Below, in pieces: positions 28,691-36,587 of a stretch of DNA of 50,501 nucleotides; the stretch's first letter is position 1; each line of letters opens with the position of its first letter. Under the pieces are notes generated by a model. It saw only the letters and a list, made by a program, of their open reading frames with translations. It did not search any database and was not told the origin of the DNA. This stretch comes from Gemmatimonadota bacterium (GTDB lineage: Bacteria > Gemmatimonadota > Gemmatimonadetes > Palauibacterales > Palauibacteraceae): the NCBI GenBank assembly GCA_037382625.1, contig JARRPS010000001.1, positions 1 through 50,501 of the forward strand. The letters run 5' to 3'. Position numbers and translations under genes: made by a program.

Positions 28691-29206
28691 TCAGCCAGTT
28701 GTGAGCTTCGGTCCGCCGTTCGAATAACGACGCTCGGAAGCGAGTTCCACCGCGCGGGCCACCGCAGCCGCCGGTTCGTCGAACCGCTCAATCGGGAATC
28801 GCTCGCCGAGCGCATCCCGAATTCCCACCAGGGGTTTGCCGATCTTCATGCACAGGGCCGCTTCATTCAGGGCGCCCCATTCACCTTCTATCGCAATCAG
28901 CGCTTCGGAGGCCCGCACTATCAGAGCATTCCGCATCTCGCCGAGGCCCGTGGCGATCGGAATCGTCACACCGGCCGCGCAGGCGTTCGCATCGGTACCC
29001 GGCAGGAAACCGATGACCAGTCCTCCCGCCTCCGATGCCCCCGCCGAGGCCGCCTCCATGACACCGCCGCCTCCGCCGCAGACGACGACGGCTCCGGCGC
29101 GCGCGAGTGCGCGGCCGACGGCCTGCGCGACTTCTTCCCCCTCCGCCGTCGCTTCCGCGGAACCGATCACTCCGATCCGGAGTGGACGCACCAGCTTTCG
29201 CGCCAC
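28691..29206 (-). CDS. TIGR00725-family (LOG/SLOG-like Rossmann) protein
   Basis: The product contains IGVIGSA...VVCGGGGGVMEAASAGA...GGLVIGFLPG and GEWGALNE. Confidence 0.65.
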   Translation of the reverse strand: MARKLVRPLRIGVIGSAEATAEGEEVAQAVGRALARAGAVVVCGGGGGVMEAASAGASEAGGLVIGFLPGTDANACAAGVTIPIATGLGEMRNALIVRASEALIAIEGEWGALNEAALCMKIGKPLVGIRDALGERFPIERFDEPAAAVARAVELASERRYSNGGPKLTTG

Positions 29207-29214
29207 GGGCGCCT

Positions 29215-30720
29215 TCAGGCGTCCGACGTCCAGGAGAGCACCGCCCGGATCGCACGACTCCAGTCCGACATGACTCGCTCCCGGAGTTCGGCCGCATCGG
29301 GGCCCGGCCGGAAGACCCGACCCTCTCCCAACGCGTCGAGAAAGTCCTCGGGACGATTCCAGTATCCGCTCCCCACCCCCGCCAGTCCGGCGGCGCCGAT
29401 CGCCGTGAGCTCCGAGGCCCCCGGCCGGTGCACCTCGAGACCGAGCAGGTCGGCCTGAAACTGCATCAGCCAGTCATTCGTCGAAGCTCCGCCGTCGGCC
29501 CGAAATCGGCCGGGCCCCACGGACGAGGCACGTTCCATCGCCTGGACCACATCCAGCGTCCCGCAGGCCATGGCCTCGAGCGCGGCACGGACCAGGTGGG
29601 CACGCTCCGTCCCGCGAGTCAACCCGAAGATCGTGCCCCGTGCACCCGGCTCCCACCAGGGAGTCCCAAGCCCGGTCAGCGCCGGAACGAACACGACACC
29701 GCCGGTGTCCGGAACGCTTCGGGCCAACGCCTCGCTCTCCGAAGAGTCGGCGATCAGCCCGAGTCCGTCTCTGAGCCACTGCAGGGCGGAACCCGCTACC
29801 AGGATCGACCCTTCCTTGGCGAACCGGGGCTCGCCTCGGGGACCGCAGGCGATGGTGGTCAGTACTCCCTCGGCATCGGTCCCGCGTTCCTCTCCACAGT
29901 GAAGGAGCAGGAAGGCCCCCGTTCCATAGGTATTTTTCACATCACCGGCATTCCAGCCACCGTGCCCGTAGAGCGCCGACTGCTGGTCTCCGGCCACACC
30001 GGCGATCGGGACGTCCGCTCCGAATAGGGCCGGTGCCGTGCGACCGATCACGCCGGCGGACGGGTGAATCGCCGGCAGCATTCCGGCCGGCACGCCGAAC
30101 AGCTCGCAAAGCTCCGGGTCCCACGCCCCGGCCTCGAGGGAGTACAGCATCGTACGGGAGGCATTGGTGTGATCGGTGGCGTGGATCTGGCCTCCCGTGA
30201 GCTTGAAGATCAGCCAGCTGTCGATCGTCCCGAAGCAGGCACCGCCGGCTTCGGCGCGGTCGCGCAGAGCCGGATCGCGCCGCAGCAACCACTCCAACTT
30301 CGTGGCGGAAAAATAAGGATCGAGAACGAGACCGGTGCGTTCCCGAATCATCGCCGAGTATCCGAGCTCTCGGAGTTCCGTGCAGCGGTCCGCCGTTCGC
30401 CGGTCCTGCCACACGATGGCAGGCGCGATCGGCTGGCCGGTGGCGCGGTCCCACACGACAGTCGTTTCGCGCTGGTTGGTGATTCCGATCGCGGCTACGG
30501 CGTCCGGTGTCAGGCCCGCCTCGGCGACAGCCCGCCCGACGACCGATCGAACCGAGGCCCAGATCTCTTCCGGATCGTGTTCGACCCGACCCGGCGCCGG
30601 GAAGTACTGGGGAAACTCCTCGTGAGCCGCCGCGAGTACCCGTCCGCCATGGTCCATGAGCATGGCGCGGGACCCCGTCGTCCCCTGGTCGATGGCGAGT
30701 ACGGCCGAGGCGGAACTCAA
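29215..30720 (-). CDS. glpK: Glycerol kinase
   Basis: The product contains VLAIDQGTTGSRAM, GITNQRETTVVWD and FGTIDSWLIFKLTGG. The TTG at 30720 is the only start between the maf stop and the conserved N-terminus. The 652-aa ORF in the track is an upstream extension. Confidence 0.88.
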   Translation of the reverse strand: MSSASAVLAIDQGTTGSRAMLMDHGGRVLAAAHEEFPQYFPAPGRVEHDPEEIWASVRSVVGRAVAEAGLTPDAVAAIGITNQRETTVVWDRATGQPIAPAIVWQDRRTADRCTELRELGYSAMIRERTGLVLDPYFSATKLEWLLRRDPALRDRAEAGGACFGTIDSWLIFKLTGGQIHATDHTNASRTMLYSLEAGAWDPELCELFGVPAGMLPAIHPSAGVIGRTAPALFGADVPIAGVAGDQQSALYGHGGWNAGDVKNTYGTGAFLLLHCGEERGTDAEGVLTTIACGPRGEPRFAKEGSILVAGSALQWLRDGLGLIADSSESEALARSVPDTGGVVFVPALTGLGTPWWEPGARGTIFGLTRGTERAHLVRAALEAMACGTLDVVQAMERASSVGPGRFRADGGASTNDWLMQFQADLLGLEVHRPGASELTAIGAAGLAGVGSGYWNRPEDFLDALGEGRVFRPGPDAAELRERVMSDWSRAIRAVLSWTSDA

Positions 30721-30742
30721 TGCACGAGACCCGACAGGAGAA

Positions 30743-31357
30743 TCATTCGGCCTCTGCCCGCCTGTCGGCGACCTCGGTGATTGTCTGGAAGTCGTACCGG
30801 TAGCCGTGTCGGTCCAGAAGCTGGAGGAGAAGCTGCACCGGGAGCCCCATGACGTTGAAGAAGTCTCCGTCGATTCGCTCGACGAGCGCCGATCCGCGCC
30901 CCTGAATCCCGTAGGCTCCGGCCTTGTCCGCGGTCTCGCCGCTGGCAACGTATTCCTCGCATTCGACCCGAGCAAGCGATCGAAATCGCACCAGAGTTCG
31001 GCTGACCCCGGCTTCCAGGCGTGACCGCGAGCGGAGTGCCATTCCGGTGAAGACCTCGTGATCTCTACCCGAGAGTCCGAGTAAGATCTCGACCGCTTCG
31101 GCCCGGCTGGCCGGCTTTCCGAGTGGCTCTCCATCCACCGCGACGATCGTATCGGCGGCGACGAGAATCTCATCGGGCCCGACGGAAACGGCTTCAGCCT
31201 TGGCGACCGCGAGCCGGCGGGCCGCCACGGCCGGCTGCTCCCCCGGCTTCAACAACTCCGGGGTATCCGGAACGCGCACGGCATAGGGAAGGCCGAGTCG
31301 CGTCAGAATCTCCGCGCGCCGCGGTGACGCCGAGGCCAGAATGAGTCGGACGCTCAA
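30743..31357 (-). CDS. maf: Maf-like nucleoside-triphosphate pyrophosphatase
   Basis: The product contains LILASASPRRAEIL and KAGAYGIQG. Confidence 0.85.
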   Translation of the reverse strand: MSVRLILASASPRRAEILTRLGLPYAVRVPDTPELLKPGEQPAVAARRLAVAKAEAVSVGPDEILVAADTIVAVDGEPLGKPASRAEAVEILLGLSGRDHEVFTGMALRSRSRLEAGVSRTLVRFRSLARVECEEYVASGETADKAGAYGIQGRGSALVERIDGDFFNVMGLPVQLLLQLLDRHGYRYDFQTITEVADRRAEAE

Positions 31358-31791
31358 CGTTCGATGACCAGTGTGACAGGCCCATCGTTAACCAGGCTCA
31401 CCCGCATCATGGCCCCGAAGCGTCCCTCGGCGACGGGTACCGCGCCCCGCCTGCAGATATCGACGAAGCGCCGATACAGTTCCGCCGCCCGCTCCGGCGG
31501 CGCGGCCGAAATGAAGCTGGGTCGGCGGCCCTTCGAACAGTCCCCGTACAACGTGAACTGCGACACGACCAGGAGCTCTCCCCCCGCCTCCCCGACGTCG
31601 AGGTTCATCCGGCCATCAGCGTCCGGAAAGATGCGGAGTCCGAGAAGACGGGACGCCATCCACTCCAGCTCCGCGTCCTCATCGTCGGGCCCGAAGCCGG
31701 CGAGCACCAGCAGGCCCCGACCGATCTTCCCGACGACTTCCCCGTTCACCGTCACGGCCGCCTCGCCGACCCGCTGTGCGACCACACGCAT
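31354..31791 (-). CDS. dtd: D-aminoacyl-tRNA deacylase
   Basis: The product begins MRVVAQRV and contains LVVSQFTLYGD...GRRPSF. GGAAGGAGAG lies upstream of the ATG. Confidence 0.9.
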   Translation of the reverse strand: MRVVAQRVGEAAVTVNGEVVGKIGRGLLVLAGFGPDDEDAELEWMASRLLGLRIFPDADGRMNLDVGEAGGELLVVSQFTLYGDCSKGRRPSFISAAPPERAAELYRRFVDICRRGAVPVAEGRFGAMMRVSLVNDGPVTLVIER

Positions 31792-31843
31792 GCCGCTCTC
31801 CTTCCGGCCTGTCCTCGGATCATCCGTCCAATATCAACAGCGA

Positions 31844-31852
31844 TGTGCAAAA
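31844..31852 (-). promoter_or_regulatory. DnaA-box-like 9-mer (TTTTGCACA on the minus strand)
   Basis: The plus strand reads TGTGCAAAA. This is a perfect match to the relaxed consensus TTWTNCACA. It lies about 55 bp upstream of the dtd ATG. Confidence 0.4.
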
Positions 31853-31908
31853 ACGCGCCTCCGTAGTCAACCGATCGCCGCACCTGCCGTATCTGCCTTC
31901 TCTCACCA

Positions 31909-31939
31909 TTTTCCACATTCTTTCCACGCCTGTTCCACA
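31909..31939 (+). promoter_or_regulatory. Array of three same-orientation DnaA-box-like 9-mers spaced by exactly 2 bp
   Basis: The three 9-mers are TTTTCCACA (31909-17, 0 mismatches to TTWTNCACA), CTTTCCACG (31920-28, 2 mismatches) and TGTTCCACA (31931-39, 1 mismatch). The TTCCAC cores are phased 11 bp apart. The array is followed by CGTTTTTTTGAATC. Confidence 0.45.
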
Positions 31940-32089
31940 TCGTTTTTTTGAATCTTTCCGCTTCCCCGCAAAGCCTCCCATGCCGAAATCCACCGCGGAT
32001 CGATCGAAGGAATCACCGGGCTTCAGGATACGGCTTCCGCGAGCGAACCGACCCGGAGCGCAGATTCTACGCGTCGGGAGGAGGAAGGT

Positions 32090-32135
32090 CGAAAGACTCA
32101 ACCCCCGGTCGCTCCGAAGAGCGCCGGGGGTTGAG
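32090..32135 (-). terminator. Intrinsic-terminator-like hairpin
   Basis: The minus strand reads CUCAACCCCCGG-CGCUC-UUCG-GAGCG-A-CCGGGGGUUGAG, a 12+5 bp stem with a UUCG tetraloop and one bulge. It is followed by UCUUUCG. Confidence 0.5.
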
Positions 32136-32338
32136 AGAGGATATCTTTTCCGCGTCGTAGCGCTGTTTCTGGTCGGTTGCGCTTTCCTTCCAGAATCCGA
32201 CAGGTCTGGGTCCCTCCGCTCGATCAGCTGTGTGTCGTTTCGATCCTCGTGAGAGAGCCGTCCCGCCACATCGAGCGACCTGCCGTCGCTGTTCCGGCGC
32301 GGCGTCGTTCATGACCGCCGGTGCCTCCTCAACGGCAC
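32090..32338 (-). ncRNA. Candidate orphan transcript of about 250 nt (unclassified RNA or small-protein mRNA)
   Basis: It is bounded by the promoter-like element at 32345-32373 and the terminator at 32090-32135. Several local hairpins are present. Third-position GC of the only ORF inside is far below that of neighbouring genes. Confidence 0.3.
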
Positions 32339-32344
32339 GAAGGA

Positions 32345-32373
32345 AAGATAAAAAAGATGATTTTGTCCGTCAA
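32345..32373 (-). promoter_or_regulatory. Candidate sigma70-type promoter
   Basis: On the minus strand, TTGACG (32373-32368), a 17-nt AT-rich spacer and TATCTT (32350-32345) form the element. It lies 76 nt downstream of the helicase stop. Confidence 0.4.
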
Positions 32374-32448
32374 CCCGAGTTTCCGTCCGAGTCACACTTT
32401 TCGAAAAATCGGTCCGTGTTCAGTAGCGACCACAAGGGCTTCTGACCA

Positions 32449-34446
32449 TCATTCGGTCACGTTCGACCGGTTCCAGTTCGCGCGCACGAGCGGCCCGACC
32501 TCGAAAGCGCGCCGGGCATCGACCGTCGTGCCCTCTCTTGCGACCCGCGCCATCACCCGATTCAGGAGCGCATCCGCGGGAAGAGTCCGACGCAGGCCGG
32601 CGGTGGTACCGACGAGAATGAGCAGGTCTCGGCTTCGCGACAGGGCGACATTCATCAGCCTGGGAAGATCCGTGTTCCGACGCTCGTTCAGAAACCAGCT
32701 CGACCCGGGCGGCGCATCCACCGTATCGAGGATGACCACGGCCTTTTCTCGACCCTGGAAGCGATGGATCGTACTGATCTCGAGTCCCGCGGGCGCCACC
32801 TGACCCAGACGGCCGCGAACGCCTCGCCACAGCGACCGCGTCTGGGCGCGGTATGGGGTCACGACACCCACATCACTCACGCCTTCGCGTCCGAGCACCT
32901 CGAGAATCTGGAGGATGGCCTCCACGTGAGCCGCGTTCTGTCGGGACCCATCGACCCGCGAAACGACCGGTTGCAGACCGTCGCTTTCCAGCAGGACCAG
33001 CGAGGGACCGGTCGGTTCGGCCGAAGAGACGGAAGCGGCGTCCCGCAGCCGTCCGCCGTAGAAGAGCTCGCTGACGAGCGCCCGGATCGGGGGGCGCATC
33101 CGATACTGCTCGTCCAGCATCGAGCAGAGCCCGTCCGTCGGGGACGGCAGTCCGTCCCCGGGAATCAGGACTCCCGATTCCTCGAACAGATCGCGTGCCA
33201 GCCATCGACGGGCCCGAGCGTCCCGGCTCAGCACGACCGGAGGCAGTTGCTGAAAATCGCCGAAGGCGGAAGCCGTCCGATCTACCAGGCAGGCGGCGTG
33301 GAACACCTGTGGAAGGGGCGCCGCGCTGGCTTCGTCCACGATCAGGTGGTTGAACCGCTGAGCCGCCAGCTCATCGCGAATGGCCAGACCCGCGAACGTC
33401 GTGAGAACGACCCTCGCCTCGTCCAGCCTCGCCCGGGTCGCCCGGCCCATCTCCCCTGCAATCCGTCCCGCTCTCTGCAGGAGGACGGAATCGGATGCTC
33501 CCCGGGCTCGGCCGACGACCCTCGCCTGGCGTTCGGAAAGCGTCAACTCCGGGGTTCGGGCCCGGGCCCGACCATCGAGTAGCGTGCCCTCCAGCTCGAG
33601 CAGGGACCGGGAAAGCCGTGAAGGCTCTCTTCTCTCGGCTCGCTCGACGGCCGCCTCGAGCGAAAGTCGGCGGTCGCCCGTCGGACTGAATTCCGCCCCG
33701 ACCCTGATGATGCGATTGGCCTCGATGGCAGCTTCACCGAGGCAGGCCGCGACCCGCGACGCGGCCTCGTCCACCGCCACGTTCGTGGTGGCGACGACCA
33801 GGACTCGGCCCCCGTCGGCGAGAGCGGCGGCCGCGGCGCCCAGCAGTCGGGTCTTGCCCGTGCCGGGCGGACCCCACACCAGCTGCACTTCGCTGCCCAG
33901 CACGCGAGACAGGGCACGCCTCTGGGAGTCGTTGAGTCCGGGATCGGTCTCTTCAGGCGTGGCGACCCGGCCGACCTTCGGGAATTCGCGGCCCAGCAGT
34001 CGCAGGGCCGTCCGCGGGTGGAATCTCTCGGGATCCTCGTCGATCTCCTGAAGCCGCGAGATGAGCGCGGCGAGAATCCAGGTCGGATCGAAGGTGAGAA
34101 GGGCCGGCCCGGGATGCGGGCCCAGCCATTCGCTCAGGCGGACACGGACGGAGGGCTGCGAGCCGTCGTAGCGGAGTACGGTCCCCGTACCGCGGCCACG
34201 TTCCGACTCCACCCGCACCGCGTCGTCGATTCGGATCCCGTATCGGCCGGGGGGAAGCGACCACTCGTACACCGGCGGCGACCCGGCCGGACTGACTCGC
34301 CGTCCCCCACTGCCCGGTATAGGTGCGGACAGTCCGCGAGCATCGAGATCTGCCCGGACGGCCTCGATCTCCGCCTCCAGGGCGACGCGACAGCCGTCGA
34401 GTACGAGATCGAGGGGCCGGTCCGCCCCGTGTCCGGATTCGCTCAC
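32449..34446 (-). CDS. Superfamily-1 helicase, Upf1/DNA2-like (AAA_11/AAA_12), with an uncharacterised ~200-aa N-terminal domain
   Basis: Helicase motifs are visible: motif I GPPGTGKT, motif II DEASA, VVTPYRAQ, STIHRFQGREKAVVI and NVALSRSRDLLILVG. Confidence 0.8.
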   Translation of the reverse strand: MSESGHGADRPLDLVLDGCRVALEAEIEAVRADLDARGLSAPIPGSGGRRVSPAGSPPVYEWSLPPGRYGIRIDDAVRVESERGRGTGTVLRYDGSQPSVRVRLSEWLGPHPGPALLTFDPTWILAALISRLQEIDEDPERFHPRTALRLLGREFPKVGRVATPEETDPGLNDSQRRALSRVLGSEVQLVWGPPGTGKTRLLGAAAAALADGGRVLVVATTNVAVDEAASRVAACLGEAAIEANRIIRVGAEFSPTGDRRLSLEAAVERAERREPSRLSRSLLELEGTLLDGRARARTPELTLSERQARVVGRARGASDSVLLQRAGRIAGEMGRATRARLDEARVVLTTFAGLAIRDELAAQRFNHLIVDEASAAPLPQVFHAACLVDRTASAFGDFQQLPPVVLSRDARARRWLARDLFEESGVLIPGDGLPSPTDGLCSMLDEQYRMRPPIRALVSELFYGGRLRDAASVSSAEPTGPSLVLLESDGLQPVVSRVDGSRQNAAHVEAILQILEVLGREGVSDVGVVTPYRAQTRSLWRGVRGRLGQVAPAGLEISTIHRFQGREKAVVILDTVDAPPGSSWFLNERRNTDLPRLMNVALSRSRDLLILVGTTAGLRRTLPADALLNRVMARVAREGTTVDARRAFEVGPLVRANWNRSNVTE

Positions 34447-34675
34447 GCGCGCAACCTATCTCCCGTCCCCGGGCCTCTGCACGGCTCGGGCCGCTTGAGA
34501 GTCGCAGGTCAGGTGGATAGCCTCTCCCCATGGCAGAGATCTCAGATCCTTCCCGTATTCACCGGGAGGCCGCTTGCCGCCAGTCGGGCGGGTCTTCGCA
34601 ACGGGTACGTTTTGCCGGCACCCGGCCCGGCGAGCGGCCCGTGATCGCGTACCACCCCGACCGAGAGTGGTTGGT

Positions 34676-36145
34676 GTGAGCGGGGACTCCTTCCTCGCCG
34701 ACTCCGAGCGAGTGGCCCGGTGGATCGCAGAGTACAGGGAACGGCTTCCGTCCCTTCCCGTGTTGCCGGACGTGTCGCCCGGTGAACTCCTGGCTCGCCT
34801 GCCGGATCAGGCTCCCGAGGGACCGGAGCCGCTCGAGGCCCTCCTCGACGATCTGGACCACCTGATCGTCCCGGGCCTCACCCACTGGAATCACCCCGGA
34901 TTCCTGGCGTATTTCTCCAGCAGCTCCTCGGATCCCGGTGTTCTGGCGGAGTTCATCTCCGCCGCTCTGAACGTGAACGCGATGCTCTGGAAGACGGCCC
35001 CCGCCGCGTCGGAACTGGAGACGCGAATGGTAGACTGGGTGAGGCTCTTCGTGGGGCTGCCGGTGGACTTCGAGGGCGTGCTGCAGGACACCGCGTCGAG
35101 TTCGAGCTTCACCGCGCTTCTCGCTGCACGCGAGCGGGCGCTTCCCGGCACGCGTGCGCGGGGCCTGCAGCAGTCGGACGGCTGCCGGCCGAGGGTCTAT
35201 CAGTCCGATCAGGCCCACTCCTCCATCGACAAATCGGTCATCGCAGCCGGTATCGGGCTGGAGGGCATTCGTCGCGTGGCCAGCGACAGTCGCTTCCGGA
35301 TGCGCCCCGCCGAGTTGCGTCGCCGACTGGTGGAGGATCGCGCGGCCGGCGACAAACCGGTCATGGTCTGCGCGACGCTCGGAACGACCTCCACCGCCAG
35401 CGTCGACCCCGTCGCGGAGATTGCTGCGATCTGCGCCGAGGAGGACGTCTGGCTGCACGTGGACGCGGCGTACGCCGGACCGGCCGCCGCGCTCCCCGAG
35501 CTGAAGTACCTGTTCGAGGGCTGGGAGGCCGCGGACAGCATCGTCATCAATCCGCACAAGTGGCTGACCACCCCGATCGACTGTAGCGTTCTGCTGTTTC
35601 GCGACGCCGACGCGGTGCGGCGGTCGTTGACCTCCACGCCCGCCTATCTGGAGACTGACGTGGAAGCCCGAAACCTGATGGATTACGGGCTGCCCCTCGG
35701 CCGGCGTTTCCGGGCCCTGAAGCTGTGGTTCCTCTTTCGACGGCAGGGCGCGGAGGCCCTCCGTGAGATGCTGCGTCGACACATCGAGCTCGCGCACGAC
35801 TTCTCGGAATGGGTCGCAAACGACGAGAGATTCGAGCTCGTGGCCCCGCCGAGCTTCTCGACCGTCTGCTTCCGCGCCTTTCCGCCCGCGCACCGCGTCG
35901 GCTCGGAGAGACCCGCAGAGTCGAACGACTGGAACCGCCGACTGCTGGAGATGGTAAATCGGCGAGGCCGGGTGTTCCTGTCGCATACGGAGCTCTCCGG
36001 CCGTTACGTCCTGCGCCTGGCTGTAGGCAGTGCCTGGGTGAGGGACGAGGACATCGCGGCAGCCCGAGCGGAGCTGGGCGCCGCGTACGAAGCGCTCACA
36101 ACCTCTGACCCCGACCCGGGAGTGTACGATGCTGAAAGAGGGTGA
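34676..36145 (+). CDS. Pyridoxal-dependent (group II, aromatic-L-amino-acid/tyrosine-type) decarboxylase
   Basis: The product contains THWNHPGFLAYF, HVDAAYAG and the PLP-lysine motif INPHKW. I chose the GTG at 34676; the longest ORF starts at 34574. Confidence 0.8.
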   Translation: MSGDSFLADSERVARWIAEYRERLPSLPVLPDVSPGELLARLPDQAPEGPEPLEALLDDLDHLIVPGLTHWNHPGFLAYFSSSSSDPGVLAEFISAALNVNAMLWKTAPAASELETRMVDWVRLFVGLPVDFEGVLQDTASSSSFTALLAARERALPGTRARGLQQSDGCRPRVYQSDQAHSSIDKSVIAAGIGLEGIRRVASDSRFRMRPAELRRRLVEDRAAGDKPVMVCATLGTTSTASVDPVAEIAAICAEEDVWLHVDAAYAGPAAALPELKYLFEGWEAADSIVINPHKWLTTPIDCSVLLFRDADAVRRSLTSTPAYLETDVEARNLMDYGLPLGRRFRALKLWFLFRRQGAEALREMLRRHIELAHDFSEWVANDERFELVAPPSFSTVCFRAFPPAHRVGSERPAESNDWNRRLLEMVNRRGRVFLSHTELSGRYVLRLAVGSAWVRDEDIAAARAELGAAYEALTTSDPDPGVYDAERG

Positions 36146-36587
36146 CCTCGCCCCCGACTTCGAACTCGAAACCTACGGCGGCGATACGATCAAGCTGTCC
36201 GACCTCCGTGGCCGGAGAGTGGTTCTCTATTTCTACCCCAAGGACGACACCTCCGGTTGCACGAAGGAAGCGTGCGGCTTCCGGGACAACATGGGCGCAC
36301 TGGAGGAGAAGAACGCCACCGTGCTCGGCGTCAGCCCCGACGGCGTGGCGTCTCACGAGAAGTTTCGCGACAAATACGAATTGAACTTCCCACTTCTTTC
36401 GGACCCGGATCACGCGGTCGCGGAGGCCTACGGTGCGTGGGGGACCAAGAAGATGTACGGGCGTGAATACAAGGGCATTCTGCGCTCGACCTTCGTGATC
36501 GATCCGGAAGGTCGGATCGAGAAGGCGTACCCGAAGGTCAAGCCGGCCGATCACGCCGGTCAGGTCGTAACGGACCTGAACGCGTGA
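36129..36587 (+). CDS. bcp: Thioredoxin-dependent thiol peroxidase (peroxiredoxin Bcp)
   Basis: The product contains GDLAPDFEL, VVLYFYPKDDTSGCTKEAC and GVSPD. Confidence 0.9.
   Translation: MLKEGDLAPDFELETYGGDTIKLSDLRGRRVVLYFYPKDDTSGCTKEACGFRDNMGALEEKNATVLGVSPDGVASHEKFRDKYELNFPLLSDPDHAVAEAYGAWGTKKMYGREYKGILRSTFVIDPEGRIEKAYPKVKPADHAGQVVTDLNA

Noticed and set aside
32165-32215. An SRP-RNA-like hairpin on the minus strand, GUCGG-AU-UCU-GGAA-GGA-AAGCGCAA-CCGAC, which resembles the GGAA-capped helix 8.
   Set aside because: The near-invariant 5' AGG and 3' AGCA internal-loop residues are not in place. The flanking sequences also do not pair back as an SRP RNA helix 5 should. The resemblance is limited to GGAAGGAA.
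32067-32312. An 81-aa ORF with an upstream GAGGAGG inside the GC-poor gap, which could be a small protein gene.
   Set aside because: About 40 percent of its third positions are A/T by my count, unlike every confident gene here. The product is a charged, low-complexity string. The reading frame also passes through the strongest terminator-like hairpin. I kept it only as an alternative within the orphan-transcript finding.
31792-32448. A tmRNA, RNase P RNA or 6S RNA in the long gap.
   Set aside because: I found no tRNA-like acceptor/T-arm pair and no tag ORF ending in an Ala-Ala stop. There is no GAGGAAAGUCC / ACAGAAxCCGGCUUA P4 pair. I could not build a convincing long closing helix by eye. 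A covariance-model scan is still needed.
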